The notes beneath the pieces were generated by a model. The model made no database searches. It saw only the letters and a program-made list of their open reading frames with translations, and was not told the origin of the DNA. The position numbers and the translations under genes are program-made. Shown one piece after another: positions 30,178 to 39,088 of a DNA stretch of 64,000 nt (its first letter is position 1; every line of letters begins with the position of its first letter). The stretch covers positions 7,706-71,705 of the forward strand of contig CAYOQP010000001.1 of the NCBI GenBank assembly GCA_964406145.1, written 5' to 3'. The stretch comes from an uncultured Candidatus Saccharibacteria bacterium. Lineage in GTDB: Bacteria; Patescibacteriota; UBA1384; XYA2-FULL-43-10; 1-14-0-10-43-13.

Positions 30178-31092
30178 TTACGATATTAAACTGGCGACTT
30201 CCCGAAGGTTGTTCCAGCCCTTTCGTAAACAAATAAAGTCGTGAGCGGTCAAATTGTTCCGCCTTTCGACAATAGAGAAATCTGCCTCGCCACTAGCATC
30301 AACCAGTAGATATAGGAGATCGCGATAGATCTCTTTGGAGACAGAGAGCATATCTTCGAGCGAACAAGGGATATCGCCCAAGATAGGCTCGTTCTCTACT
30401 CGGTGGTAGGTGGGACGACGACCGATTGGAGTAAACAGTTGGTGGCTTTGCCAACGAGAGTGTTCTCCCATTTTGGCCAAAACACGTCTAGCCTCGTAGA
30501 AGATTTCCTCCGCTGCGCCTCCGACCATAATCACTTCGTCCCAGTTTTCCGCCCCATCAACCTGGAGAGGACGGCGGCCGATCAGCGCAGAGAGTGGATC
30601 GCGCATATACCAAGCATGAGAAGCCATGTATTTAAGCGCTTCCCATCCGCCCCTGCGCTCAGCAAACTGCTTGATGCGGTCCCCTCCGTGCTGGGAAAGA
30701 TAGCTAGCCATTTCATCGATCATCAGCCACTCATCAGCCAATATCGGGCGATCGCGCAGGATTCGAACGGGCGCGTTGGGGTGGAAATTGGCGACATACG
30801 CTTCGAGGTATCGAATCGCTCGGTCGGCGAAATCCGCTACGAATGGCTCGAACCCCTGGCCAAGCAGAAGGGACGAATAGTTTTCCGCGAAATAGAATTC
30901 GACATCTGCTTTTGCTTTGTCATCAGCCATTTCACGAAGAAGTGCCAGAGCCGGTATAATATATGCAGGAAGCCGAACCGGCACCTCGCAGTTGGGATCG
31001 CAACCGAAACCGGTTACGATAATGGTCCTTCCGTTAAGACGGACAGGACGGGTATCCTTGGCGAAAAGGAATTTCGGGATGTTAAGGAGCAT
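30178..31092 (-). CDS. Hypothetical 304-aa protein, possible class-I aaRS-like (HUP/Rossmann) fold
   Basis: GGGAGG SD; IIVTGFG, YMASHxxYxxD and VIMVGGAAEE segments; fold is my inference. Confidence 0.6.
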   Translation of the reverse strand: MLLNIPKFLFAKDTRPVRLNGRTIIVTGFGCDPNCEVPVRLPAYIIPALALLREMADDKAKADVEFYFAENYSSLLLGQGFEPFVADFADRAIRYLEAYVANFHPNAPVRILRDRPILADEWLMIDEMASYLSQHGGDRIKQFAERRGGWEALKYMASHAWYMRDPLSALIGRRPLQVDGAENWDEVIMVGGAAEEIFYEARRVLAKMGEHSRWQSHQLFTPIGRRPTYHRVENEPILGDIPCSLEDMLSVSKEIYRDLLYLLVDASGEADFSIVERRNNLTAHDFICLRKGWNNLREVASLIS

Positions 31093-31156
31093 CTGTTTTC
31101 CTCCCAGACAATCTCAAGCGTTAGCGTCTAACACTTGGTTTTTACCCAGGAAAAGA

Positions 31157-32029
31157 TTAAATTTCTAAAATATTTTCAGACAATATTTTCACTTCGCTCT
31201 CGACTGATATTTCCGATTTGCCTAAAAATATTTTTATTTTTTTTCCGCTTGGCTGAACAATCTCAAAGGATTTTTTGCCAGTAATTTTGCTTAATTGGTA
31301 AGCCAGGGCCACTGAAGCTGAGCCACAAGCTGTCTCGTAATAAATTGTATTGAGACAATTTACTCTGACTAATGGTAATATTTGGTAAGACCACCGATTT
31401 AATTTGCGGAAAGCCACAAAACCAGCTGCACCCCCCTGAGACAAATCCGGCAACTGCCGATAAATCTGATCAAATAAATCATTAAAACCCGCATTCTCAG
31501 CACTACTGAGGCCTTTATTCTGATCCGAAAATAATTTCTGAGCTGAAGGCGGCAGAATACTTAGATCGACAAGTATCTGTGAAATCCCAGTGAGAACGAC
31601 CCGAATACAATCGACAGCGAACGAGTCTAAAATCAACTTCTCTCCAGACAATTTTTGGATAATTTCGTAACCAAATTTCACCTTGACGCAGTAACTTCCA
31701 ATAAAGATATTGCTAACTTCCGCCTTGACTAAACTTGGTGATCCCGATGTTTTAAATATGACGGAAGATCTTCTAGACTTCAGGGCGATCAAAACTGCTG
31801 CACACCGAGTAGCGTTAACACAAAGCTCACCGTTGGCCATATTAAGATTTGGAATAATGCCACCAAAATTAACAAAACCAACCTGCTCAACTTTCATCCT
31901 TTGCACATATGGGTCAGCTAGAAGTTTTCTGGCCAAGCCAATCCGATCAGCAAAAGGAACTTTGGTCACAACTAGCGCGGTAATATTCCCTCCTGGATCA
32001 GCGATAATAAATTTGATTTTTTTCTTCAT
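31157..32029 (-). CDS. DapF-family cofactor-independent amino-acid racemase/epimerase, CntK (histidine racemase)-like
   Basis: DPGGNIT, EQVGFV, MANGELCVNATRC and YETACGSAS: two catalytic Cys motifs in CntK-like arrangement. Confidence 0.8.
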   Translation of the reverse strand: MKKKIKFIIADPGGNITALVVTKVPFADRIGLARKLLADPYVQRMKVEQVGFVNFGGIIPNLNMANGELCVNATRCAAVLIALKSRRSSVIFKTSGSPSLVKAEVSNIFIGSYCVKVKFGYEIIQKLSGEKLILDSFAVDCIRVVLTGISQILVDLSILPPSAQKLFSDQNKGLSSAENAGFNDLFDQIYRQLPDLSQGGAAGFVAFRKLNRWSYQILPLVRVNCLNTIYYETACGSASVALAYQLSKITGKKSFEIVQPSGKKIKIFLGKSEISVESEVKILSENILEI

Positions 32030-32047
32030 TTTTTTTCCTTAAATACG

Positions 32048-32070
32048 AAAAAATCTCCCGGAGGAGATTT
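32048..32070 (-). terminator. Terminator-like hairpin between the yerC-like gene and the racemase
   Basis: AAATCTCC-N4-GGAGATTT continuing into T's on the minus strand. Confidence 0.55.
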
Positions 32071-32106
32071 AATGCGGATAAAATATTAGTTTTTAGATAA
32101 ACGAAA

Positions 32107-32415
32107 TTACTCTAGCTTATCCAAAGCTAATTCATACCCGCCCATGCCATGATGTAACCAATAATTTATTCGAACAACTGTCGTAGTTGAAACGCCAATT
32201 TCTTTAGCAATATCACGGACACTTTTGCCCTCTTTGAGAAGTTTGGCCGCCAAAAATCTTCGACTCGCCTCTTCTATTTCCTCGATAGTCAGAAGATCAC
32301 GCAGAAAATTAGCCATACTGTCAGCACGGTCAATAGCGGCCAAAGCCTTGTAAAGCTCCTTAGCCGCTGGTGTTTTTAATGAATTTTCTAATTCTTTTTT
32401 CATTTCTCTCTTCAC
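32107..32415 (-). CDS. TrpR-like repressor, YerC/YecD family
   Basis: FLRDLLTIEEI...R...AKLL.EG.S.RDIAKEIGVSTTTVVRI..WL.HG.GGY. Confidence 0.9.
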   Translation of the reverse strand: MKREMKKELENSLKTPAAKELYKALAAIDRADSMANFLRDLLTIEEIEEASRRFLAAKLLKEGKSVRDIAKEIGVSTTTVVRINYWLHHGMGGYELALDKLE

Positions 32416-32422
32416 CTGATTA

Positions 32423-32470
32423 GTATCAATGTGTTAACACAATGATACAGTATCATTTTATCTTTGTCAA
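32423..32470 (-). promoter_or_regulatory. yerC promoter overlapped by a palindromic operator array
   Basis: TTGACA-N17-TATCAT on the minus strand; near-palindrome GTATCAATGTGTTAACACAATGATAC (32423-32448) overlapping AATGATAC-A-GTATCATT (32441-32457). Confidence 0.7.
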
Positions 32471-32527
32471 TAGGTTATTGAAGTATTTGTTATAATGAAC
32501 TTAAATAATTAATTTTCAGGAAAAAAA

Positions 32528-33094
32528 ATGGCCAAAATCAAAGTACTATTATCCGGTTTTACTAATGCTGATTGCCGAAAAAACGGCGAGGAAGAGATCA
32601 CTCGCTGCACTACTACACTAATTTATGCCGACAATATGATTATTTTGTCCGACCCTGGAGTATTGTCAGACCAGAAGATAATGATTGATGCCCTAAAAAA
32701 GGAGGGGTTGGGTGTTGATGATATTTCACACATCTTCATAACTCACTCTCACTTGGACCATTATCGCAACATCGGCATGTTTCCCAAGGCCAAAACAATA
32801 GAATTTTGGGGTATTTGGGACGGTGGAAAATGCGAGCCTTATTCAGAACATTTTTCTAAAGATTCAAAAATAATCAAAACCCCAGGACACAGCTATGATG
32901 GCCTAACTATGCTTGTCACCACAAGTGACGGCGTTGTCGCCATCGCTGGGGATCTCTGGTGGAGCAAAAAAGGTCCAGAAAAAGATCCTTTTGCCCTTGA
33001 TAATGAAATATTAAAAAAATCACGAGAAGAAGTTCTAGTTCTCGCCAATTATATAGTTCCTGGTCACGGAGATATATTCAAAGTTGTAAAATAA
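32528..33094 (+). CDS. Metallo-beta-lactamase-fold hydrolase
   Basis: DPG, THSHLDH, TPGH, AGDL, VPGHG; TG-extended TATAAT at 32491. Confidence 0.88.
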   Translation: MAKIKVLLSGFTNADCRKNGEEEITRCTTTLIYADNMIILSDPGVLSDQKIMIDALKKEGLGVDDISHIFITHSHLDHYRNIGMFPKAKTIEFWGIWDGGKCEPYSEHFSKDSKIIKTPGHSYDGLTMLVTTSDGVVAIAGDLWWSKKGPEKDPFALDNEILKKSREEVLVLANYIVPGHGDIFKVVK

Positions 33095-33101
33095 TATTTT
33101 G

Positions 33102-33140
33102 TGTGGGCGCGACGGTAAGTCTTTTACCATGGCGCCCACA
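33102..33140. terminator. Hairpin between convergent genes
   Basis: TGTGGGCGC...GGTAAG/TTTACC...GCGCCCACA. Confidence 0.55.
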
Positions 33141-33158
33141 GAATACGGGGACCAATCA

Positions 33159-33488
33159 CTAGTCACCCCCATTTCTGGCGACCGGCCTCTTCCCCTTGTT
33201 TGAACCCCTACTGGGCTCTTTTTTCTTCGACGAGAATCTACGAGTAAGCCGCCACCACCAAATTTGCCAGGTCTCGATCCGACTCACATCATTGTTGCCG
33301 GACTTCCAGGCTTTGGCCGACTGATAGCAGCCGATAAAGCGAGAGTCACCCTCTGTGATCTCAAGCTGCCAGCTACCAGCAAAGAATCGACTAACGCCTA
33401 GATAACTCCCGGCGGGGACTTTGGTGTTGCCATTTGACGAACAAGCCTCAGTCTCCTCTTCTCTTAAGTTAAGCAGAAAGTGTGCCAT
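33159..33488 (-). CDS. Hypothetical protein (about 109 aa)
   Basis: AAGGAG SD before ATG at 33488; promoter TTGAAT-N17-TATTGT upstream. Confidence 0.5.
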   Translation of the reverse strand: MAHFLLNLREEETEACSSNGNTKVPAGSYLGVSRFFAGSWQLEITEGDSRFIGCYQSAKAWKSGNNDVSRIETWQIWWWRLTRRFSSKKKEPSRGSNKGKRPVARNGGD

Positions 33489-33683
33489 ACCGACTCCTTC
33501 CACAAGACTGTGTCTTTAGAGACAATAACACAAGAAAAAAAGCTATTCAATCAAATAAATACCTTTGACAAAAATATAAAAAAATGTTATGAAAATAACA
33601 TTGTCCTAACCGGCAAGTACAATTACATACATGCCGATTGACCAAGAAAAAATCTACTTGGCAATTGGAACAGGAGCACAGAA

Positions 33684-35171
33684 GTGTTAAACACCCCCGC
33701 CGTTAATCTCGGCATCGTTGGCGTCAGCCGGGATTGCTTCCCGATCGAACTGACCCGGACCCGTCTCGGCCAGTTGGCCGAAGCCTGTGGCGACCATGCC
33801 ACCCCGTTCACCACGATCATCGAGAGCGAACGCGATGTCGCATCTGTCCTCAAAGAGGCGCATGATCTCGGCACCAACGCGATCGCGATCTATCTCGGCA
33901 ACTTCGGCCCCGAAGGCCCACTGTCCCTCCTCGCCGAAAAGTTCGGTGGCCCCGTCATGATCTGTGGCGCCGCCGAAGAGAGCATGCACACCCTGATCCA
34001 GGGTCGTGGCGATGCCTTCTGTGGCATGTTGAACGCGCACTACAATCTCGGACTGCGCCGGAAGCGCGTCCACACCCCGCAGAATCCCGTGGGCCTGCCT
34101 CACGAACTGGCGATTGAGATCGCCCACTTCATCAAGGTCGCCCGCGTCGCCCTCGGCATGAAAAGCCTCAAGGTCTTCGGATTCGGCCCGCGGCCCCAGG
34201 ACTTCCTGGCCTGCAACGCGCCGATTCAGCCGATCTACAACCTCGGCATCGAGATCATGGAGAACAGCGAGCTCGACCTCCTGAGGCTCTACAAAGCCGT
34301 CGATGAGAACGATCCTGAAATCGCAGTGATCGCCGAAGACATGGCTGCCGAACTGGGCCAGGGTAACACCTACCCCGACCTGTTGGCCAAGCTGGCCCGT
34401 TACGAACTGGCACTGTCCCGCTTCTTCGACGCCAACCTCGGCATGAGCAACTATGCCGTGATGGCCGACAAGTGCTGGCCGGCCTTCGAGGCCGAATTCG
34501 GCTTCGTCCCCTGCTACGTCAACAGCCGCTTCGCCAAGCGCGGCATTCCCATCGCTTGCGAAGTGGACGTCTACGGCGCGATCAGCGAGTATATGTGCCA
34601 GCTCGCGAGCCTCGCACCAGCGACCCTGCTGGACATCAACAACACCGCCCCGACCGATTTGTTGGCCAAGCTCGGCCGCAACTTCGATCCGGGCAACTTC
34701 TGGATGGGTTTCCATTGCGGCAATACCCCGTCCTGCCAGATGAAGAGCTGCGCTATGGCCTACCAGCTCATCATGAATCGTCTGATGGAAGGTGGCAACA
34801 CGCCCGACATCACCCGCGGTACCCTGGAAGGCCAGCTTCGCCCCGGCGCGGCAACGATCTTCCGCCTGCAAGGGACATCGGACAACTATCTGGCCAGCTA
34901 CATGGCGGAGGGCGAGATCGTCGATCTCGATCCCATGAGCTTCGGCGGCATCGGAGTCTTTGAGATTCCCGACTTCGCCCGCTTCTACCGCCACGTCCTT
35001 TTGAGTCTGCGTTTTCCGCATCACACCGCCGTGGCCTTCGACCACTGCGGCGAGGTGCTCTATGACGCGACGAAGATGCTCGGCCTCGCCAACATCTTCA
35101 CGCCGAACCCGGCGTCGATCCCCTACGAGCGCGAGAACCCGTTCTCCCTCGCCCGGATCAGCGGCAAGTAA
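33684..35171 (+). CDS. L-fucose/L-arabinose isomerase family protein (FucI-like), GC-rich islet
   Basis: VSRDCFP, YLGNFGPEGP, RGDAFCG, KCWPAF, CEVDVYGA, FHCGNT, FPHH; AGGAG SD. Confidence 0.85.
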   Translation: MLNTPAVNLGIVGVSRDCFPIELTRTRLGQLAEACGDHATPFTTIIESERDVASVLKEAHDLGTNAIAIYLGNFGPEGPLSLLAEKFGGPVMICGAAEESMHTLIQGRGDAFCGMLNAHYNLGLRRKRVHTPQNPVGLPHELAIEIAHFIKVARVALGMKSLKVFGFGPRPQDFLACNAPIQPIYNLGIEIMENSELDLLRLYKAVDENDPEIAVIAEDMAAELGQGNTYPDLLAKLARYELALSRFFDANLGMSNYAVMADKCWPAFEAEFGFVPCYVNSRFAKRGIPIACEVDVYGAISEYMCQLASLAPATLLDINNTAPTDLLAKLGRNFDPGNFWMGFHCGNTPSCQMKSCAMAYQLIMNRLMEGGNTPDITRGTLEGQLRPGAATIFRLQGTSDNYLASYMAEGEIVDLDPMSFGGIGVFEIPDFARFYRHVLLSLRFPHHTAVAFDHCGEVLYDATKMLGLANIFTPNPASIPYERENPFSLARISGK

Positions 35172-35192
35172 ACAACTTCGCCGACACAACAA

Positions 35193-35231
35193 AGCACCCC
35201 TCTCGGTTCCCGGGAGGGGTGCTCGCTTTTT
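35193..35231. terminator. Intrinsic terminator
   Basis: AGCACCCCTCTCGG-ttc-CCGGGAGGGGTGCT then CGCTTTTT. Confidence 0.75.
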
Positions 35232-35233
35232 AT

Positions 35234-36136
35234 CTAGAAACTCATCTGTCTTAGAATTTTGATTCTCTCCGCAATCGGCGGATGCGTTGAAAAAAGTTTT
35301 GCAAAATTAGAGATATTATTTTTATCCTTTTTACCAAAAGGATTGGCAATGTAAAGATGGGCTGTCGCTGAACTAGCATGAGCAAGCGGTTGATTGTAAG
35401 TGGAAATTTTTTCCAAAGCGCTAGCCAAACCTTCGGGATATCGAGTGAGCAATGCGCCATCTGCATCAGCCAGAAATTCTCTCTTCCTTGATATTGCTAA
35501 TTGGACCATCATAGCAATCAGAGGCGCTAATATTGCGGCAACTATACCCAAGATAAATAATAGCTGTCCATTGTCATTTCTATCACGATCGCGACCGAAA
35601 CCAAACCATTGTGATCTTAAGAAGATATCAGAAACAAGTGCAACCACAGCAACTAGAACGGCTACTATGGTCATTAGTCGAATGTCGAAGTTACCAACAT
35701 GACTAAGCTCATGCGCGATCACACCTTCGAGCTCAGATTTATTCAATCTCTCCAGAAGACCAGTTGTTACAGCAACCGAAGCATTTTTAGGGTCGCGTCC
35801 CGTAGCAAATGCATTTGGTGCCGGGTCGGAAATAATATAAACTTTTGGCATCGGCAATCCGCCAGCGATCGTCAGATTTTCAACTGCATTCCAAAGTATT
35901 GGATTGCCCGCCTTTTCGATCTCCTTGGCCCCAGAAGTCGCAAGAATTATTTTATCACCAGCAAAATAGCCGACTGAGGATTGAACCAAAGCAATAATAA
36001 CCGCAAAAATTAAAATTGCTGGCGAATCATATATATATGAAATAAGCCAACCAAGACCTATAACCAATAAGACAAAAACAAATATGAGAAAAAAGCTCCT
36101 CTTTTTATTCGAGTCAACTTGAGTCCAAAGATTCAT
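35234..36136 (-). CDS. htpX: HtpX-family M48 zinc protease
   Basis: PNAFATGR, AHELSH, SRKREFLAD, FSTHPP. Confidence 0.95.
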   Translation of the reverse strand: MNLWTQVDSNKKRSFFLIFVFVLLVIGLGWLISYIYDSPAILIFAVIIALVQSSVGYFAGDKIILATSGAKEIEKAGNPILWNAVENLTIAGGLPMPKVYIISDPAPNAFATGRDPKNASVAVTTGLLERLNKSELEGVIAHELSHVGNFDIRLMTIVAVLVAVVALVSDIFLRSQWFGFGRDRDRNDNGQLLFILGIVAAILAPLIAMMVQLAISRKREFLADADGALLTRYPEGLASALEKISTYNQPLAHASSATAHLYIANPFGKKDKNNISNFAKLFSTHPPIAERIKILRQMSF

Positions 36137-36142
36137 AATATC

Positions 36143-36496
36143 CTACAAGATTTTAGTAAGACCACCGACAATCGGCAATATTCTTTCTTTGCCGGTGATG
36201 ACATTAACAATACCGCAAAACATAAGAAACAATATTAGCAAAGCAAATATCCAAGGCAAGAAAAGAACATAGAACGAGAAGGAAAACAGAACCCAAACAA
36301 ACAATAATGCTATGCCTTGACGAACATGAAATTGGACAAAGGGACTTTTTCTGGCAAAGAAAAGAGGAATCAGAACTAAAATATGAACATAAGACAAGAT
36401 TCCCATCACCGTCACTAAATTTATCTTCCGCAAATTAATCTTCGAAATGTCGAGCTTCTTGATTTTAATCTTGGGCAATACTACTTTGTTAACCAT
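36143..36496 (-). CDS. Small membrane protein, DUF4870-like
   Basis: LSY...LIP...FVQFHVRQG...LPIVG pattern. Confidence 0.7.
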   Translation of the reverse strand: MVNKVVLPKIKIKKLDISKINLRKINLVTVMGILSYVHILVLIPLFFARKSPFVQFHVRQGIALLFVWVLFSFSFYVLFLPWIFALLILFLMFCGIVNVITGKERILPIVGGLTKIL

Positions 36497-36513
36497 TAAA
36501 TTCCTTGAAATTG

Positions 36514-37071
36514 TTATTTGCTAAAATCAACCTTGACTGGTTCCTTCGCCGCTTCTTCTGTAACTTCAAAAAGATCTCTCTTTTTGAATTTGAAAGCATT
36601 GGCAAATATGTTAGTTGGGAATGTCTGAATCGCGATATTAAGCTCGCGAACATTGGAGTTGTAAAACCTTCTGGCTGCCTGAATCTTGTCTTCCGTGTCA
36701 GTTAAATCTGCCTGTAACTGAGAGAAGTTTTGATTAGCCTTAAGATCAGGATAAGCTTCAGCAACAGCAAAAACTGATTTCAAAGCCTCGGCCAAGCCTG
36801 CCTCAGCCTTAGATTTGTCATTAATCGTTTTTGCGCCAAGTGCTTCAGTGCGAGCTTTTGTTACCTCTTCAAAAACACCTTTTTCATGAGTGGCGTAACC
36901 CTTAACAGTCTCAACAAGATTTGGTATCAGGTCGTATCGACGCTTCAGTTGAACATCAATATCACTCCAAGCTTCATCTGTTCGAACATTAAGAGTAACA
37001 AGACGATTATAAATTCCAATAATAGCGATGACGATCACCGCAACAACGGCTAGAATTATCCAAAATTCCAT
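36514..37071 (-). CDS. lemA: LemA family protein
   Basis: IDVQLKRRYDLIPNLV, AVAEAYPDLKA, ARRFYN. Confidence 0.96.
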   Translation of the reverse strand: MEFWIILAVVAVIVIAIIGIYNRLVTLNVRTDEAWSDIDVQLKRRYDLIPNLVETVKGYATHEKGVFEEVTKARTEALGAKTINDKSKAEAGLAEALKSVFAVAEAYPDLKANQNFSQLQADLTDTEDKIQAARRFYNSNVRELNIAIQTFPTNIFANAFKFKKRDLFEVTEEAAKEPVKVDFSK

Positions 37072-37143
37072 ATTTCTCCTTTATTTATTATTCCTTAAGA
37101 GAATAATACTACTCGTTACAAAGGAAGTAAAGATGGTTTGGCT

Positions 37144-39039
37144 CTATTGATCCGCCGATAGATCTATTACATCAGAGTTGCTTGGCGTAACGAAATTATT
37201 AGCAACATCAAAGTCAGTAAGAGAAACAGAGAGAATCATCTGTATTACTGGAGAAGAAGTGGAATTAGTTACCTTAAGATCAATTTTTCGAACCAATTTA
37301 TCCTTAATTCCGATCCATGCCGTACCAGAAATACTCTGAACCGAGTCGGATGGGACCCCGAGCCCAAGAAGAGAGTCGCCTATCTCAACATTATTTATTA
37401 GATATTTATAGCATCTAACATCTCCTATTTTCTCATTACCAATCCTTGAGCCATTAGCCGAAAAACCTTTGGTGGCATCGATAGAAAAAACCTGGTCAAA
37501 AATATTTGTGTTTTTTAACTTGGGCAAAGTATATGAGAGCCATTTTCCGGACTCGGCTTTTGGATCAAATTTTATCTTATCGCTCTTAACCCAGAGGACA
37601 TCATTTTTATTCTTTAAGTTTACAGTATTGGTAGTTAAAGGCTTTTTTACAGTTATTGTTGCTTCATTGCCCGATACGCCAACGCTCGCTGTAAAAGATG
37701 TGTCGATTGATCTGGTTGTAGAGGTGTCAACATAAGCTGTTGTCGTGGCTTGATCAACATTACTAGACGTTGTCGCAGAAGAACTATTATTTAGCAAACC
37801 ATCATTGAACGTGTCTCCACCGTCAGAACCAATGGCAGTGAGAACCGCCTTAATGGGCGAATCACCAAGACGGATAAGATCCGGCATTTGACTTACAAGA
37901 GGCGTCGTCACATTGCTTTTGATTGTTTTGTCGATTTTTAGAGACATAGTGCCGGTAGCCTTGATCTCCTTATGATCATTCATTACGAGAAAGGATTGAC
38001 CAAGAGCAGTCTCGGAATTTTTTGATAAACCATTCCAGATCTTTTCAAGACCGACTGTGCCATAATATTTTTCCAGACCCAAAGAAAGATAGCCAGATTC
38101 GGTCGCCCAAATAAGACCAGCCAAAATTGTTATAAGACCAATAATTATTACTAAAACAAAAGGAAATCTTTTGATCTTTTTGGTTGATAGTGGCACTTCA
38201 GCAATCTCAGTAGACTCAGATACCTCTGGTGCCTTTTCATGTTTAAGGTTAGCAAAAAGTTGCGACAAGCCATGGCGATCATTATTACTCTGAGAATCTT
38301 TAACCGAACTGTCAATCGATTGGTTTCCGCTTTCTGGGACTACAGGATTTGTTGCTGGAGCTGGATCAGTCCCAAGATTTGGTTGTGTGACTGGAGAAGT
38401 ATTTACGGCGGGGGCCTCAACAGAAGGCGCTGGAACACTAGGCTGAATAATAGCCGAAGATAATGTCGAACCCTGAAGATTATTCGCAGGAGGATTATTT
38501 GGGATTTGTGAAGTCACGTTTGAAACAGGTTGCGATGGCGCGACAGCAGGAACAACCGGCTGAGTCGTTAATTTTGGAGCCACCGACAAAGAATCAACCG
38601 TATTATGTACTTGAGCAACAGCTGATGATGCCTGAGCCAAGGGAGGAGCTATCGGTTGTGTCGGGGCAGGAGAGGTCGTTGGCTGAGATTGTGTCTCAGA
38701 AAAACTATAATTAAAAGCCGGGTTGGTCTTCGGCTCTGGATTTGGTGTCGATACTTGAGAAACCGGAGCTGGATTTTTCGCAATAGTGTCAACTCCAGCC
38801 ATCTGACTAGCCTGGACGACAGGAGGAAAAGTCTTTGACTCTATATCACTGGGCAGATTGAAAGGTTTTACACTTTCGGGCTTTTTTTCCGCCTGATCAA
38901 TAAAACCACCAACAATCTTTGGCTTTGGTGCCGGCTCTTCAGGAAGAGGTTCATCCCAAGGGCTTCCCCCACTAGCTGGTTGATTATTAGGAACAGTAGA
39001 ATTGGTTTGTGTATTTGACACGTTATTTATATCTGGCAC
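37144..39039 (-). CDS. Single-TM protein: Pro/Ser/Thr-rich N-terminal region and beta-rich C-terminal domain
   Basis: About 290 aa of low-complexity N-terminus, TM FPFVLVIIIGLITILAGLIWA, C-terminal GNEKIGDVRCYKY; AAGGAGG SD. Confidence 0.75.
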   Translation of the reverse strand: MPDINNVSNTQTNSTVPNNQPASGGSPWDEPLPEEPAPKPKIVGGFIDQAEKKPESVKPFNLPSDIESKTFPPVVQASQMAGVDTIAKNPAPVSQVSTPNPEPKTNPAFNYSFSETQSQPTTSPAPTQPIAPPLAQASSAVAQVHNTVDSLSVAPKLTTQPVVPAVAPSQPVSNVTSQIPNNPPANNLQGSTLSSAIIQPSVPAPSVEAPAVNTSPVTQPNLGTDPAPATNPVVPESGNQSIDSSVKDSQSNNDRHGLSQLFANLKHEKAPEVSESTEIAEVPLSTKKIKRFPFVLVIIIGLITILAGLIWATESGYLSLGLEKYYGTVGLEKIWNGLSKNSETALGQSFLVMNDHKEIKATGTMSLKIDKTIKSNVTTPLVSQMPDLIRLGDSPIKAVLTAIGSDGGDTFNDGLLNNSSSATTSSNVDQATTTAYVDTSTTRSIDTSFTASVGVSGNEATITVKKPLTTNTVNLKNKNDVLWVKSDKIKFDPKAESGKWLSYTLPKLKNTNIFDQVFSIDATKGFSANGSRIGNEKIGDVRCYKYLINNVEIGDSLLGLGVPSDSVQSISGTAWIGIKDKLVRKIDLKVTNSTSSPVIQMILSVSLTDFDVANNFVTPSNSDVIDLSADQ

Positions 39040-39088
39040 AGCCCCTCCTTTGATTTTTATTTTAGTTTAAAGAATTTCTATTTGCAAA

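Noticed and set aside
30403-31131. 242-aa plus-strand ORF
   Set aside because: Antisense to the better-supported 304-aa gene, which has an SD, operon context and a terminator
33600-33683. Two small hairpins in the isomerase leader (CGGCA/TGCCG, CCAAG/CTTGG)
   Set aside because: Short stems with no match to any riboswitch consensus I recognise
33687-35192. 501-aa antisense ORF over the isomerase gene
   Set aside because: It is the in-register shadow of a gene with strong C/G third-position bias, which removes antisense stops; no RBS or recognisable motifs
38200-39039. Low-complexity Pro/Ser/Thr-coding DNA as a tandem repeat or CRISPR
   Set aside because: No exact repeated unit or regular spacing is visible; it is protein-level low complexity
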